The notes: generated from the letters alone by a model not told the origin. Counted from the whole stretch's first letter, positions 35,869-50,153 are shown. The stretch: DNA of 60,732 bases, filler included, from Sphacelaria rigidula (GCA_964200075.2; 7 parts of 7 records of this genome joined end to end with filler, not necessarily neighbours in it); one strand, 5' to 3'. Numbers and translations are program-made.

Positions 35869-37818
35869 AAATACCCAAGACGACGGAAAATACTTCGTGA
35901 GTCGTGGGCCTAAGCGGGTTCAAACCGTTTGCCAAACGAATGCCCTCGATATTTCTGCACATCCTCCGGAAAAAAAGGGGTTTGTCTGCAGTCAACGCGG
36001 ACGGCGCTTCATATAAGCTCACGCTGACTCGCAAAATGATTACAGCGAATGGGACGCCCTCTAAGCTATCGCAGTAGGGATCGGAAGCAGACCAAGCACT
36101 AGTCTAGTACTTGAAAGGATCATCATGTAACAGGGTGCATGTAAAGCGCAATATCGATGCTAAAAGGATGCCGTATCAAGGGGGAATGACGTCTTGATAA
36201 ATCCCCAAGTAAGAAACGTGGGACTTTCAGATCGCACAGGACGGACCAGCCTGAAAATGTTGTGTACAACGAAAAGCCAGAACTCGTGATCAACAGAGTG
36301 AGCGATCGCTGTGCAAATTCACATGAGCAATATACTCGGGTACACATTTGAATGGGCGTGAGTATGGGGGGGGGCGGCAGGTCTGCTGTTCAACAGCGCC
36401 AGCAAAAATGCATGTGCCGTGTCATGGCTTGGGAGGAAGATCGGGGCGATGTTGAACGATTCGACGGGGCAAAAAAGTACTAGAAAGCGGACGTGTACTT
36501 CATGTACCGCAGGTATCTTCGCGGTGACTGTAGAAACCCCCTGTATGGACTCAGTTGCTCATCTTTGTTGCGAACTCCGTCAAAACAATGACGATGCAGA
36601 ACAAGGTTCGTGTAGAGATCGACATACGAATCACACCAGCAAAGATGTGCGACGAGCTGGGCCAGCCTGGAAGCGGGTCTGTAGGTTGAAGGCCGATCGT
36701 CACCTCGTTTCTGGTGAGGATTGTAATAGATAATACATAATGTATAACTAATTCGTTCATTGACGGTTGATTGGGATTGAATGGATGGTTGGATGGTTGG
36801 TTGGTTGAATTTTAGGGGGGGGGGGGGTATTGTCAACATCATGAAATATTTATTCACAATTAGTTGTTTGTTGGGAGTGGTTGGGGTTGTCAGTTGGGGT
36901 TGGAGTATTATTTTTTGGAAAAAGGGAACACAATACGACCTGGGCCAGCCTAGACACGAATTTAAGCTCTCGAAGCAAAATCTCGTCGACGCGGACGAGT
37001 TGGGCCATGATGCGCATATTGTATGAATGGTCAAACCAAGGGGAAGGTGCCTATCTGTTCAAAATTTTGGGCCCATATTTTCTCGTTGATTAAACCCCAT
37101 GTCTAGTAATTCCTATACCTAAGGGAGATAGCGTCTATACTAAAATCTCTATGAAACACCCGATCGATGCATTCAGCGGATGACGACGATATTTGGTGTG
37201 GGCGTTTCCTGGAGCACGGGGAGACGATAGAAACCCTCACCTTCTCCTAATTCGTAATCTATCACGAGATATGGCGCACATAAATTTCCATACTACAATC
37301 AGTATACTACGAGCAGATGCGCTAGATGAGCTAAACCTAGATATCGCGTCTCAGTTTCTGAGAGTTATGCTATAAAATTTCGTATGGAAAACCGCTAGTA
37401 CATACTAAAGCTTACAAACTCAGTTTTTACATTTTTTTCGTGTTTTTGGGGCAGTTTCAAGGAGAAATGAACACTGCTTTTGGGCCTTATCTCAATTTTT
37501 AGCTCAATTTTTAGAATCATAATTTGAAACTCAGGAATAAGAACCACAGTGACATGCTGAATATAAACAAAATGGGCCCTCATTTTTTTGGGGGGGAAGG
37601 GAGAGGTTTCGGGCGTTCTCGGTAAACAATGGCGGTTTCCACACTAAAACGCCCTAAACCAGTGAAAAAAAAAAAAATCTACCTGACCCACTTTGTTTCG
37701 TCAATTATGCTCTAGCCACGGGCTACACAAAATTTCAATACACAAACACCAAACGTGGGCCGGGAAGTGGCCTGCAAAATACGGTTCCGAATTTTTTCTG
37801 ACCCAGTCTCTAAACAGC

Positions 37819-37982
37819 CCATTATACGGCCATTACTTGGAGTTGGACCCTGAAATTTCGTATGGACAATGAATAGGGCATTATAAAAACATTACCAGTG
37901 CACACAAGATTTTGTTTTCATGAGTTAGTGGAAATCATCAGTTTTCAGATACCGGTAAAATGCCCCCATATCATGGAAAAAA

Positions 37983-38020
<38 letters not shown>

Positions 38021-38107
38021 TGTGCACTGGTATTTGTTTTTATTATGCTATATTCATTGTCCATACCCAATTTCAGGGTCCAACTCTAAATATTGGCCGT
38101 ATAATGG
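37819..38107. mobile_element. MITE-like element with ~90-bp inverted arms around an A-run/(CA)n core
   Basis: ccattatacggcca...gagttggaccctgaaat...accagtgcacacaag / cttgtgtgcactggta...atttcagggtccaactc...tggccgtataatgg. Confidence 0.8.
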
Positions 38108-41100
38108 ACCTGCAAGCTACAGAATCGCTTCTCGGCTGGCCCAGCTCGTATGGAAGACAAAAACGAAAAAACAGAAGGGCGAGGAAAGTCGTACGGTATG
38201 AAGGACACGCGAGATACCGTTACGACACACGGATGCGGTATATCCGTGAGAGGGAAATGAAAAACGGAAAGACAAGAACACGAAAAGTAGTTTGGAAGTA
38301 GTAGGTTGAGATAAATAGGCGACATGAGGTCAAACGTAGAGCACTAAGTTGGTGTGAGGGTAAAGAAAAAAAGAGGGAAAGTGCCGCAAAAGAATAAGGA
38401 GTACGCAAAACGCAAAACGCAAACATTATTGTAAAAACGGTCAAGATGAGAAGAAGTGGGGCACAAGAGGTCTCCTTACAACACGAAAAACGGCGAGAAA
38501 AGGTAGAGGCATCGAAGAGTCACCGAAGGCGCCTTGTCAGGCTCACAGGCCGACAAAACGCACGTTGATGAAGGTACCACGTCGTCCACCCCGTCGCGCA
38601 GATACCGATACCCCTGGTTCTTGAGCGCCTCCCTCACGGCGAATCCATGTTCCACAACTACCCGACAAGTTTTGTTAGGGACCAATATATGGATATCTAG
38701 GGCCGGCATATACTAAAAAGCAGAACGCCGTCGTGATTATGTGTAGATGATGTTGGAACCGGTGATGGAATGATTGCAGGAAGGAGGGGGTGTAATGGTG
38801 GTTGTGACGCCATGAGATGGTAGATCGCCGGGCAGTGAGTAGTTGACGGGTCCTTTGTTGGTTGGCAAGGAAGTGGTGGGAGTATGAACATCGATGGCAT
38901 ATCGCCGGAACGATGGGCACGTCGAGGAGGCATGGTGCAAAGCTGAGGCGTTGTAAGATATTTAGCGAAAAAGGGGAGGTGAAACGGTGCTTCGTCGATG
39001 GAGCGACGTAATGGTCATGAGCGGTAAGGTACGCTATGTGGAGACGAGTTCGAAGGGATTTTTCCGGAAAATGCAGATGGGATATCGGCAGCGAATGAAA
39101 GGCGCATGATGGCGAATGGTGCAGAGGTAAGGTGCGGTAAGATCATTGGCGGAAATTAGGAATTTGTATTATCGTGGATGGTTGCTAGATATGTTGTGAT
39201 AGGGCCGGGGAATCATCGCGGTTTCGACAGTGCGTTGCCGGAGATTTATCGAGATTAAGAGGGTGGATGCTGTAGTGGTAAAAGTATCGTTGAACAGAGT
39301 CTGTAGGATCGACGACTCACTGCAACTTGGCGTGGGAAGGACAGCCTAGCAGTGTAGCATGCATGAGGCGAGGATGAATTGGCGTCGGCGGGGAGAGACT
39401 ACGGTGGGGAAGAGCGGGCGAGAAGCTAGCAGGGCGATACGGCACGTGCTCACGATGTGTACCTCACTACCTTTGGACCCCACCTTGGAGAAATCAGTGC
39501 ATTAGGTCCGTGACCTCTGAAGGTGCATGGTACAAGGTAAGACATCGCTAAGAGTGGGCGAGGTTTTGACGAAAGGCCGAGTAACGCCAGTAGACGTTTT
39601 TGGAATACCAATTGAATTCGAAAACGGATTTTTCAGGACGAGGAGACGACAATATTTTGTGAGGTGGATTGATTCCATTTGGTATAGAAAATCGCTGCGA
39701 TACAGTGAAAACAGGAGATTGTGGATCATTGAGAATTTCGATCGTCCATGTGTTGACGGCAAAAACAAAATCCATGTTTTCGAAAAACGGCACTGAGTTT
39801 TGACGTGGAGGTGAGAGTACTGATCGTTTGCCCGTGCTCCAGGGAATGTTCACACTAAAGACAATCATTATCCGCTGCACGTATCGTTCGGGGTTTCGTG
39901 TGGAAATTGGTGTGGGCCCCATCTCCGTACGGTCTACGGATTACCCGACGTCGCGTGTCATTAACGAAAATAAATCGACCCAGGCTTGTTCAGCACGTGG
40001 GCATCTTCACACACGTCGTCACATATATCGCGCTAGACAGGGTATCATGTGAGGTCGGCGCGGGTATACTGTGCTGGTCATGAATTCGAAGACAACGGTG
40101 AAGCTTGGTGCATATTGGCGAATCCTCCACGTACATAGCGGCCTGTAAACCACCGTGATGAGCGTTTGCGACCCTCGTGTGGGGTTCTGTGGCATGGATG
40201 AGCTGCACAGGGTGTGAGAACGACTTTGCATGACTCTTCTTAGGTAACAGTAGACCCGCGCAAGTACTCTGTGCAAACCATCGCTTAAGAAGGAGGGGAG
40301 GCCACTCTGGCATGAGAATCTAACGCACGAGAAGTAATGGGGATTCGTCTCGGCTGTAGAACTGTCGACAAATGTATGCAATGATGCAATGATGCAAGTT
40401 TTGCAGTAATCCCAACGTATGAAAAAAACCAATCCCGAGCACGGAATATCTATCTAACAGCTGTCTCAGAACGGTACGATGGATCGCACGCCCGGCATGA
40501 CCGCATGGTGCTCGGGCCCTTCACTCTTATAGTATAGAGCTGCTACTTATATTAGTATTACGGAACGGACTTGTGACAGGTAGCTTTGACTTCGCCCTGG
40601 GGTAACTCCCGCTGTACGAAGTAATACAGTGTGAACCTATCGACTGACGGTACAGGGTCATTCGATCTTTCTCCAAGAACACTTTGCGCGTTTTCATGCG
40701 GAGTCGTATTGACCAAAGGCTCGCGCACGGAACTTGCCAGCCTTCTCACAGCCAGGGGCGAGAGAAAACGTATGAGCACATCGCCAAGCGCTTGCCGGCA
40801 TGGCATACCACGAAATAGTATCAAGTGTCGGTTGGAGAGGCTACAAGCAACACCGAACACAGCCCCAATCACGTGAGGGGTGAGTGGCTGGAAAACAAAA
40901 GTCACACTCGAGTGATCAGAAATTTAAGACGCCTATACGTGGAGCCCGCCTCCAAGTTTCATCTGATGTTCGGGACCGGAGTCGAACAAAGTGAGAGCAT
41001 CCCGTTACAAATACTCAGTATACATTACTACGCGGTAAGTTGGTCACAGAGAGCAACGCACGCTGTGTGCCCAGCAAGCGCAAGGCCGAACAAAGCGTAA

Positions 41101-42613
41101 TACCTCCGGTGGCGCACTGCAGCATTGACAGTTGGACGGGCGGCACTGCGTTGGTTACGTTCACTGTTCAAGTGTGCGCTCTGTTTATTCCACGAACGAA
41201 GCGAGTACAAAGAACATGCTTGTCCATGCCGCATTGACAATCGACACGTGTGTCAGAGCAGAACAACATATCCCTGCTCCTTATGTTCGATGTGAAATAT
41301 GTCATGTCTCGTCGACGTTTGGGGAAGTTGTGGTAGACTCCCCCGACAACTGACAACATGATGTGAAGTTGAGATGAATTCGCAGAATAACTGCCAACAT
41401 TCACGAAGTTGTTCCATACTGGCGGCTCTCTGGTAACGTCCTTATCCATTCTGATACCATCGGTAAAAAATCAAAAGCGTACTTTGTGTGCTGGACGGCG
41501 GTTCATCCGACCGGTGACAGCCAGTCATGTGATTTTTCGTGCCGAACGTAGTACGAGCACATGCGCATGAAAATATCGATACCTTTCGGATCTCAATGCC
41601 CGCAAGCTTGAGTTGTGAACTGGTTTGGCTAAACCGGTTATCCGGTTGCAACAAATTCTAAGCCGTTGCAGTTATCAGTTGAAAGTGAATAACTGGTGGT
41701 GAAGTCGCCCTGCGACTCGGCCAGTGTTGCCTGGCAAGGCAGCACGACGGAGTCGTGTAAACGGCCCCCCTCGGCTGGTGAGGCGGGCCCCGCTGATGCA
41801 AGAAAGTTACGTCATTTGGCTTCATATCTCTTCATAATCGCGGTAAACCTTAGCCGCCTAGCGCCAGCAATTCGAGCACGTCATCGGTGCACAAACATGC
41901 ACATGTATAGGGGAAGCGGAAGCATTACTGAACTTTGCGACGTGAATTCAAAAAACGAAGCGGTGAGACAGTAGTGCAGCATACATAGCGTTCCACGTGT
42001 ACCACCAAGCGCCGGGTAGGACTAGTAGCACGACAGCTTGGTAACGTTATTGAGTGTGACTTCATCGGCCGGGATAATTAAACATAAATCTCGACTCTTC
42101 CTCATTTTCCGGTGTCACATTAACCAGCCACCACTGGACGCTTAACGCTTCATGCCGACAGAATAAAGCAGAGCACAAACAACGACGCTACGAAACGCAG
42201 TCTTGCTTCATATTTCAGATCCGCTCTATCAATTACTGTGCGTGCCCAGTCTCTACTTATTATATATTAGAGTATATTGTCTGCGATATTCGTGTCTATG
42301 TCTAGGGTGTGTGCGCTGTACGGTCATGTACTCGCCTCTGCAAAAGCGTCCCCACGGTAATTGCAGTACAATACTTGAGAAATATTGACTTGAATACGAC
42401 ACATATGTACACAGAACACGTTGGAGTATGACACACATGGCGGGTAAAATAACTGGTTCAAATGGTTACAAGACCGATCAGTTGACCAGTTGTACCAGCC
42501 AACTGTAACTGGTCAGTTAAACTGGCAGTCAATTCACAACTCTACCGCAAGCACATGTATCGATCTGCGTACATATATAAATAAATAAAAATGTTTCTCT
42601 GTGTTACGTATAT

Positions 42614-42790
42614 GTGTTGTCATCCTATCTATTCTGAAGCAGTCTAAATCTTTCGGGGTATGTGAGCGCATCAGGCGGGGTTACAGCGGAGGACGGCCAA
42701 CACAGGAGTTTCCCTCTTTTTTTGTTTCGGGGCCTTACCTTCTTTCCGCAGTGCTTGCCTTGATTTATTTATCGCGAGAGGGGTTCAGCG
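42614..42790 (-). mobile_element. tRNA-SINE 3' part (diverged)
   Basis: Aligns with 12796-12990 (caacacaggag...gtgcttgcctt...tcgcgagaggggttcagc). Confidence 0.75.
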
Positions 42791-43352
42791 GTCACACCGT
42801 GGAGTTGGATTCCGTGTACCCATGCGCACAGTCCGGCTATACGTGCCGCATGCGGCGAGGTCCGACTTCAGCGGTAGACTACCGACATTTCCGATTTTGA
42901 GTGGATGCAGTTGAGAGTCCAGTCATGTATCGATACGAAGAGACTCGGGAACCATTCCCGGGGAAGGAAGGGCGAGGTCGTTGTCGCATCCGTGAACGAC
43001 ATATGAGCGGGAAAAGAGCCGAATGTGTGGGCTACTTGGTTGGAGTTGGCGCGTAGACTTCCTTGCACGCGATATGCCGCATCAGGTACAGTGTTGGAAG
43101 CGATGGCCTAGCACAGGTACGTTCTCGGCCGATCGGCGGCCCAGATAAGATACGGTTGAAAACGAAAACATCCTGAATCAGGTAAATCGGGTGAATGTTT
43201 GCAAGGGTCGGACAAAAAAGTATTCGTCCGGAAATTAGTTGGTTTTAGTATGATGAGTCAACTCGTGAAGAATCAATCCCTAGGCTTTATTTCAGCGTTG
43301 CAACCCAGGTAGACGCAACCCAAATACGTAGAATGGCGCAAACGTTGCGTGG

Positions 43353-43452
43353 NNNNNNNNNNNNNNNNNNNNNNNNNNNNNNNNNNNNNNNNNNNNTTAA
43401 TTAATTAANNNNNNNNNNNNNNNNNNNNNNNNNNNNNNNNNNNNNNNNNNNN
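43353..43452. other. Artificial contig linker
   Basis: Identical 100-nt spacer. Confidence 0.99.
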
Positions 43453-43526
43453 CATTTCGATTTACATGAAGATTTTGCCTCCCAAAACCATGCACTTTTG
43501 GGGGGGGGGCTATCGTAGAAAGTGTC
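43453..43526. mobile_element. MITE family A right end (cut by contig start)
   Basis: tgaagattttgcctcccaaaaccatgcactt(g)nctatcgtagaaagtgtc, nearly identical to 7192-7251. Confidence 0.85.
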
Positions 43527-43728
43527 AGCGGCAGCATCGTCTACAGCAGCAGCATCAACGGGGACGGACAACCGGAGATCCTCGTCGCAATAGCCGCCCC
43601 CTCCCAGAGGACCGCCCCCACCGCAGCATGGTCCGCTCACTACAGTACAAAGAACACCGCAGGGCGCAACCTCATCACACCAGCAACTACACGACACGGC
43701 ACGGAATGCAGAACCGCGAGAGCCACAG

Positions 43729-45357
43729 ATGTCGATTCTACGACAGGCAGTTAGTTCAGAGGCACCATCAGCACCCAGAACGTCTGTCACACGGCGTGAA
43801 CCATCTGCTCAGCGTTCAGGCAACACACCCGCAAGAACAACAGCACCAGCAACACCAGCAGGGGCTCTATCATCAACAACAGGAACATCAGCAGCAACAG
43901 AAGGAGCACCGTCATCATTAGCAACAGCATCAGCATCACAGCCAGCAGCCATGACAACAACAACACCAAGGTCAGCAACCACTTCAGCATCAGCATCAGT
44001 TACATCAGCCGCCGTTCACCCAGCATCAACCCCTCACACAGGCCAGCACCAGCGTGATCCAGCCGCAACACCAGCAACTGCACAGCACGCAAGACGGCCA
44101 ACATCTGCAGCAGCAGCAACAACAGGCTCCACAGCAATATCTGCCCCAGCAACACTCCCCGCCACCGGGTGCCCCCGTGCCGCCGTTTGAGTATTAATAC
44201 TACAACCCACAATAGTGGCCAGCGCCCACGGCGCCACCCGCGGCACCTGGTCTCATCACGGCAAAGAAGAACGGGGCAGTGAATGAAGCTGCCAAGCAAC
44301 AGGTGACGAGTTGGATGACGAATCCCCTGGTGTCAAAATGGTATATACTACGGGGTGGGCACCACTCGAGCTTCCTGCTGTCGAACGGCAATTTCAAATC
44401 GCTCTGTCTAGACGTCGCGGCTGTTCACCATAAAATGTCGCGCATGATCCAAGCGCGTGAGGGTTTCGACATCGGGGAGTTTGCCCCCCCCCCCCCCTAT
44501 ACCAACGGGTTGGTCTCATTCGCCGCGATGGCTAAAAGTACATTTCGCATACACCGTTGAAGCGCTGATGGCCATAATTAAGGGCGGCGACGACCCGAAC
44601 ACGATCGCAGAACTGGAGGACCTGGCCGAAAGGGTGAAGCGCTTCGTCACAGCGCACATGGCGAAAGTCCAGGAGCATGCGGAATGGTCTCGCGAATTCT
44701 CCATCGAAGACGCCAAGAGCGACATGAAGGACTGGATGAATGAAATTTGACCGAGTAGCGACATACCTACGCCAGACGTACCCACTAGCCCTGCCGGACC
44801 ACAGCGACGGCGGCACTTGCCTACACCCAGCATTTGGACGTGTGAATAAATTGATCGAGACTGGACATCTGCTTCATCTGATTGACCGTCACCGGTTGGG
44901 ACTCGAACCCAAGTCCCGACCGCCGCCAAAAAGGAAGCAACACGCAGCTTCAACCTCACCAGCGCCGACCCCGAACCAGAGCAAGAAGACGCGCACATCA
45001 GCGCCGACACCACAGGAGAGTCTCCCCGCGGGATATAATACGTCCGTAGGCCTTATAACGCCGTTCACAAACCTGCCAGAGGAACTCTCCTCGTGGGCCC
45101 CGTCCCTGGGCGTTTGCCTTCGGAACTGCCAGGGTCTACGCTGTAGGCGGGGTACGAAATGCATGTTCAGAAAACATGACGAAATTCACCCCGACGATGC
45201 GGGAGGAACGGCCGCCGTCACGGAAGACGGAAAGGGGCCAGGAAATAGCGATACCGTCAGCAACAACCAGAAACCGATCCTGAAGTTCAGGAGGGGGGGG
45301 AGGAGGGGGGAAGTGCAGCCAGAAAAAGGCGGAGGTGGGAGCGGGGGAGCGGGGTAG
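43729..45357 (+). pseudogene. DIRS gag-like ORF1, frameshifted
   Basis: Ala/Thr/Ser/Pro-rich N-terminus, helical middle, C-terminal CCCH-like motif 'CLRNCQGLRCRRGTKCMFRKH'; position upstream of RT. Confidence 0.55.
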
Positions 45358-46035
45358 CGGGGGGAGGAGGAGCGAGTGGAGCCCGCTCGGGGAGCGGATG
45401 AGGGTACGGGCCCTGCCGCTTGGCGGCGAGATCGACCAGGAAGGAGCACGTTCTAGCCACACCTTCGTCCACTGATCCACGCAGGACGGTGGGCATCGCT
45501 GGAGCACCTCTACCTGGGTCGGTGGCTCCTCACTTCTTTCACGGTGAGGCTAGAGTTACCGACGCAACAAGTAGAAAATAGACAGTTGTACATAGTAAGA
45601 ATAGCAGGCTCCGTCAAACGTCCAGGACAGTCGCCCGCATGAGTAGCAACGTAGGGAAGTATAGCGGTACAAATACAGGTCTTTACAACCCGTCGCCCCC
45701 ATAACGTGCCCGCAAGTTCATCGCCCCAAAGATAGGTCCGACCTGGAAGGCAGATAGGACAGCTGGTAAGACACATTGCCTGAATATTGACGAAAAATAC
45801 AATGACCCGCCTCTGAAATCGGCAGCAACACATCAGCTTGTAGGATCCAATCAACCGCCCCGTACGACCCTGCCCGACTCAGGAAAACACAGTGATAACC
45901 CAACCCCAACCGACGTAGACATCAGTAGGATAACACATGCTGAAAACGCAAAAAATAGGACGGCTGTACGAGGTACCATAAATCGAGTAAGTAAATCAAC
46001 AACACTGTCTCACCATCCCCGGACAAGCGTACTTG

Positions 46036-46775
46036 TCGGGAATAACCCGAGTGTTGGTACAAGCCGAGTGCAGACCCAAAATGGGTCAATCGAAGCGCGT
46101 ACCAGTACCCGGAGAGAAAAAGAAGAAAGATCATTTCCTTGTCACCACCCATCAACAGTCGGGACACATCCGAGTACTCGTACACGCCGAGTACAGACGT
46201 AGAATGGGTCAATCGAAGCACGTACCAGTACCCGGAGAGATGAAGAATCGAGGAAATTTCCTTGTCAGCACTCGTCAATAGTCGGGACAAATCCGTGTAG
46301 TAGGACAAGCCGAGTTCAGACCTAGAATGAGTCAATCGAAGCTCGTACCAGTACCCGGAGAGAAAGAGAAGCGGGGTCATTTCCTTGTCACCACCCGTCT
46401 ATAATCGGGACATAATCGAGTATTAGAACAAGCCGAGTGCAGACCCAGAATGGGTCAATCGAAGCTCGTACCAGTACCCGGAGAGAAAACGAAGCGAGGT
46501 CATTTCCTTGTCACCCCCCGTCAACATTCTGGACAAACTTGAGTATTAGTACAAGCCGAGTGCAGACCCGGAATGGATCAATCGAAGCTCGTACCAGTAC
46601 CCGGAGAAAGAAAGAAACGAGGTCATTTCCTTGTCACCCCCCGTCAAAAGTCGAAACAAACTTGAGTATTAGTGCACGCCGAATGCAGACCCAGAATGGG
46701 TCAATCGAAGCGTGTAGAAGTACCCGGAGAGGAAAAAAAGCTAGGATATTTCCTCGTCGATTCCCGCCAATAGTG
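46036..46775 (+). repeat. Six tandem 123-bp (41-codon) units inside the DIRS element
   Basis: The gggtcaatcgaagc-like anchor occurs at 46083, 46206, 46329, 46452, 46575 and 46698. Confidence 0.95.
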
Positions 46776-46964
46776 CTTGGCGGGACAAAGACGAGTAAGA
46801 TAGATACAAACGACGGGTCGACGTCTTCAACGTCTCGCGCAGGGTCACAAAACATACACGAAAGCATGATTGAAACGAGATTGCGAACACATTGAGAGAA
46901 CAAGAAAAAAGAACTTTCGGCAGCACCACAAGGAATATGCAAAACAAAATCTATCATTGAAGAA

Positions 46965-48850
46965 ATGGCAACGACATGCGCAGAATTGATGAGACTGTAC
47001 AACGGGAACCTTGGAGACGTAGCAGGAACGCTCGGCGGCACTCTTGTGTCACCGCTGATGAACCTCCGTGAAGTCCACCACCATTTTGGAGAAGTACATT
47101 TTCCCCCGGAAATAGAAAAACTTATGAACATACTCGAACATGGTGTACCATTAGACACGACAGATACTGCATCGGGCTTGAGACGAAGACTCGAATATGG
47201 TAACCACAGTAGTATCGAGGGTCACACTTCACATGTCTGGAAAAAATTGAGGGAAGATGTGGGTAGGAACAGATGCCTGGTTTTTAACCGATAAGCGGCC
47301 CCAGAAATTCAGGCATTTACGAGCAGCCCTACTAGGAGCAGTAGTCACAAACGAGGTCCGCACCACCCATGATGTTTTGTTCGACATCAAGTGCAAACCC
47401 GGTACGAAAGTGGGACTGAACCCCGTCACCAACCCCGACGAAATGCCAGGATGTCTTTACGCCGAGGTCCTACCCCAGCTACTACAAGAAATCCTACGTC
47501 TTGGGAAGAAATTCCCAAACAAACGGATTCTCTCGTCGAAAGCCGACGTAACGAACGCTTTCCGAAACGTGCGCGTAGCCGCATAACATGCTCTCACAAA
47601 TGCTGCTACGCAATCAGCGATATTTTAGTAACCGATTTTCGACCTCACCTTCGGCTGCTACCCCGAACAATATAGATATACTAGAGGAAGGAAGGGTGAT
47701 GATGGAACGCGTAAACTGTAGTCCCGCCATAGGAGGTACGTCCGCCCACAACAATCCCACGAAATATCGTGTTGACCCCGTCGAAGGGAGGGAGGACTGA
47801 TGATACTGATGATCCCTTCTTTGCCGTGGCTGGTGTGGACGACTTCATGTTAGAAAACATACAACACGACGAAGAGGACCAGTCGGCGTTACTAGCATCC
47901 ATCTCTCTCGCCTCCGACCACCTGATATAATTCGGACCAGGCGAATGTGGTGAAACCCCACTCCTAGCACCCAGTAAAAGTACTGATTGGGATACCACTA
48001 TGGAGGCAACTGGGGTACATGATCAACACCCTCAGTATGCGTATTTCCGTACTCACTAAAAAGATTGAAAAAAAATCCGCGAGTTGTTGGAAAACGAATG
48101 GCCCCAGGACAGGTCACATGCTCCCGTCGTTGACATACAGAGTGTGGCCGGAAAATTATGGAACCTCACCTACGTTGTCCTAGCCGGTAAATATTTTGTT
48201 TGACAGCTGTTACGAGTATCCGGTTTACATCAAGCCGGTCGTATAAAACAGGACAAAAGAAAACAAATAAAGCTGGGGTGTGAATTCCACGGTGACTTTC
48301 TCCTTTGGAAATGGGCGATTGATCATCAATTACTTGACCAAGGAGAAGCGCTCAGCGCCTCTCTGTTTTCCCAGGTGGATCGCCCGGCCTCACGACGCTA
48401 TTTTCCGGACGCCAGCTTCAGCGCTGTTGGAGGATACTGTCCAGAGTTGTAGATATTCTTGCCATACACCCTTCCCCCTGCCCTTACGTCGAAACTAGTC
48501 CGAAAAGCAAAAGTCAGAGAAAACTGTTACATCACGATCAATTTTTTAGAATTGTGCGGCATGATGATGACGGCGTGCGTTATCCAGATGTTTCTTAGGG
48601 GAAAACCCACCGAGTCAGGAGAACCCGTATTGATGCGGGGCGACAACGCCTCAGCCGTATCGTGGGTGAACCGATGTGGGGGTTCTCGAGACAGGCGTAC
48701 TGGTCTCCTCATAAGAATGATGGGTCGGATGGAAATCACATCTGGATGGCGTCCAATAGCAAAACACATCGGAGGCATTGACAATGTCCTGGCTGGCCGA
48801 CGGAATTCCGAGATGGCCTGCGGACCAGGTTCAATACAAGATTAAGCAAT
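46965..48850 (+). pseudogene. DIRS reverse transcriptase + RNase H, disrupted
   Basis: 'LEYGNHSS', 'KADVTNAFRNV', 'GVDDFML' (YxDD equivalent); RNase H 'PDASFSAVGG', 'INFLELCG', 'RGDNASAVSW', 'HIGGIDNVLA'. Confidence 0.88.
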
Positions 48851-49097
48851 TAAAATGAGAACAAGGCTGGAAATATTACGACATCGGTCTCCGGGGGAAA
48901 ACTGTATTCGACGTGGATCTTCAAGAACCGCTGCCGAAAAGACGACTAGACGATGAGTTGTCGTCAGTCATCAGTGAAGGAATAAAATTAACAAAATATA
49001 CAATCGCCATTTACACCGCCCCGTTTGGCACCATGCCTTCCATTCCCCATTTTTGTTTCCCTCAATACTCACCAGGAGCACGACACGGTCACTTACA

Positions 49098-50153
49098 TGA
49101 CGGGCAAGGGCCATTACGAACGTTAGCTCTCGCTTCGGTAGGTAGCAGTACGAAGAAGGGCTGCATAAGGCGATTCGAGACATGGGTAAACTGGAGAGAA
49201 GCTCGGGGAGAGCATGCATTCTTACGAGAAGAAGACGGAGAGCCGGCCGCGGTGACCTCCCTCACTACGTTCATGGCGAGTGGGGTTTTCTGCCACGGGA
49301 ACCAGAGCTCAACAGTACGATCATACTTGTCTGCTATTCAACAGTTTCATGAGATGTTGACGGGGTGGGAGTTACCCACTCGTCACTGTATGTTAACCGC
49401 GATATACAAGGGTAGTGACAGGATACACGGAAAGGGTGACGTCGAGAGGATAGTGAGGAAACCCGTGACGATAGACGTCTTGAATGCGAATTGGCCAAGA
49501 AGTACGGCGTCGGTGGAAGAGCGCATCAAGAGGATCGGTTTGGCGCTGTCGTATTTTCTACTGTGTAGAGCCTCGGTAATCTGAGCGCACAACACTGGCC
49601 TAGTACCTTCCGAATTTGGCCTCACCAGAGGTGGTCTGAAATTCTTTCAAGGTTTCAGCCCAGCTTGAGGGGGTTGACAGGAGAGAAGCGGACACTGTGG
49701 GGGTTACGTTTAAGGCCTCCAAGGCAGATAAAAAACGCCAAGGAGCAGTAATATCTAGAAAAAGGGATTCCGGGGGGGCAGGACGAAGTGCGCAGCCAAC
49801 AGATCAACGGTGCACTAGAATTACTGCTTGAATTACTCGAGTATTACCCTGGCCTAGGCGCACAAGCGCCGCTGATCCAGACCTGGAGTGAAAAGGGAAG
49901 GAGAGTGATCATGCGCAGTGAAGCTACCGCGACTCTACGCCAATTAGCAAGTCGCGCAGGAAGAGACCCCAGGCAGTACGCCCTCCACTCGGGTAGGATT
50001 GGGGGAGCTACTAAAGCCAGCAGCCAGCGCAAGGAGCACCCCCCCCTGCGAATTCAGAAGACGGGTTATTGGAAATCACAAGCATTCATGATTTACGTCA
50101 GAGCTGAAGGGGAGGGAGCGCAGTTCGTTTCGGAGGCACTAACACGTAGCTAA
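49098..50153 (+). pseudogene. DIRS tyrosine recombinase, disrupted
   Basis: 'STVRSYLSAI', 'LSYFLLCRASV', 'KASKADK', 'YALHSGRIGGAT', 'GYWKSQAFMIYVR' (R-K-HxxR-W-Y catalytic set). Confidence 0.92.

Noticed and set aside
46036..46775. CRISPR or other repeat-spacer array next to an RT and recombinase
   Set aside because: Whole 123-bp units are homologous with no unique spacers; the RT-RNase H-YR order is that of a DIRS-type retrotransposon.
49098..50153. Phage integrase or prophage
   Set aside because: The recombinase lies directly downstream of RT/RNase H, and there are no phage genes.
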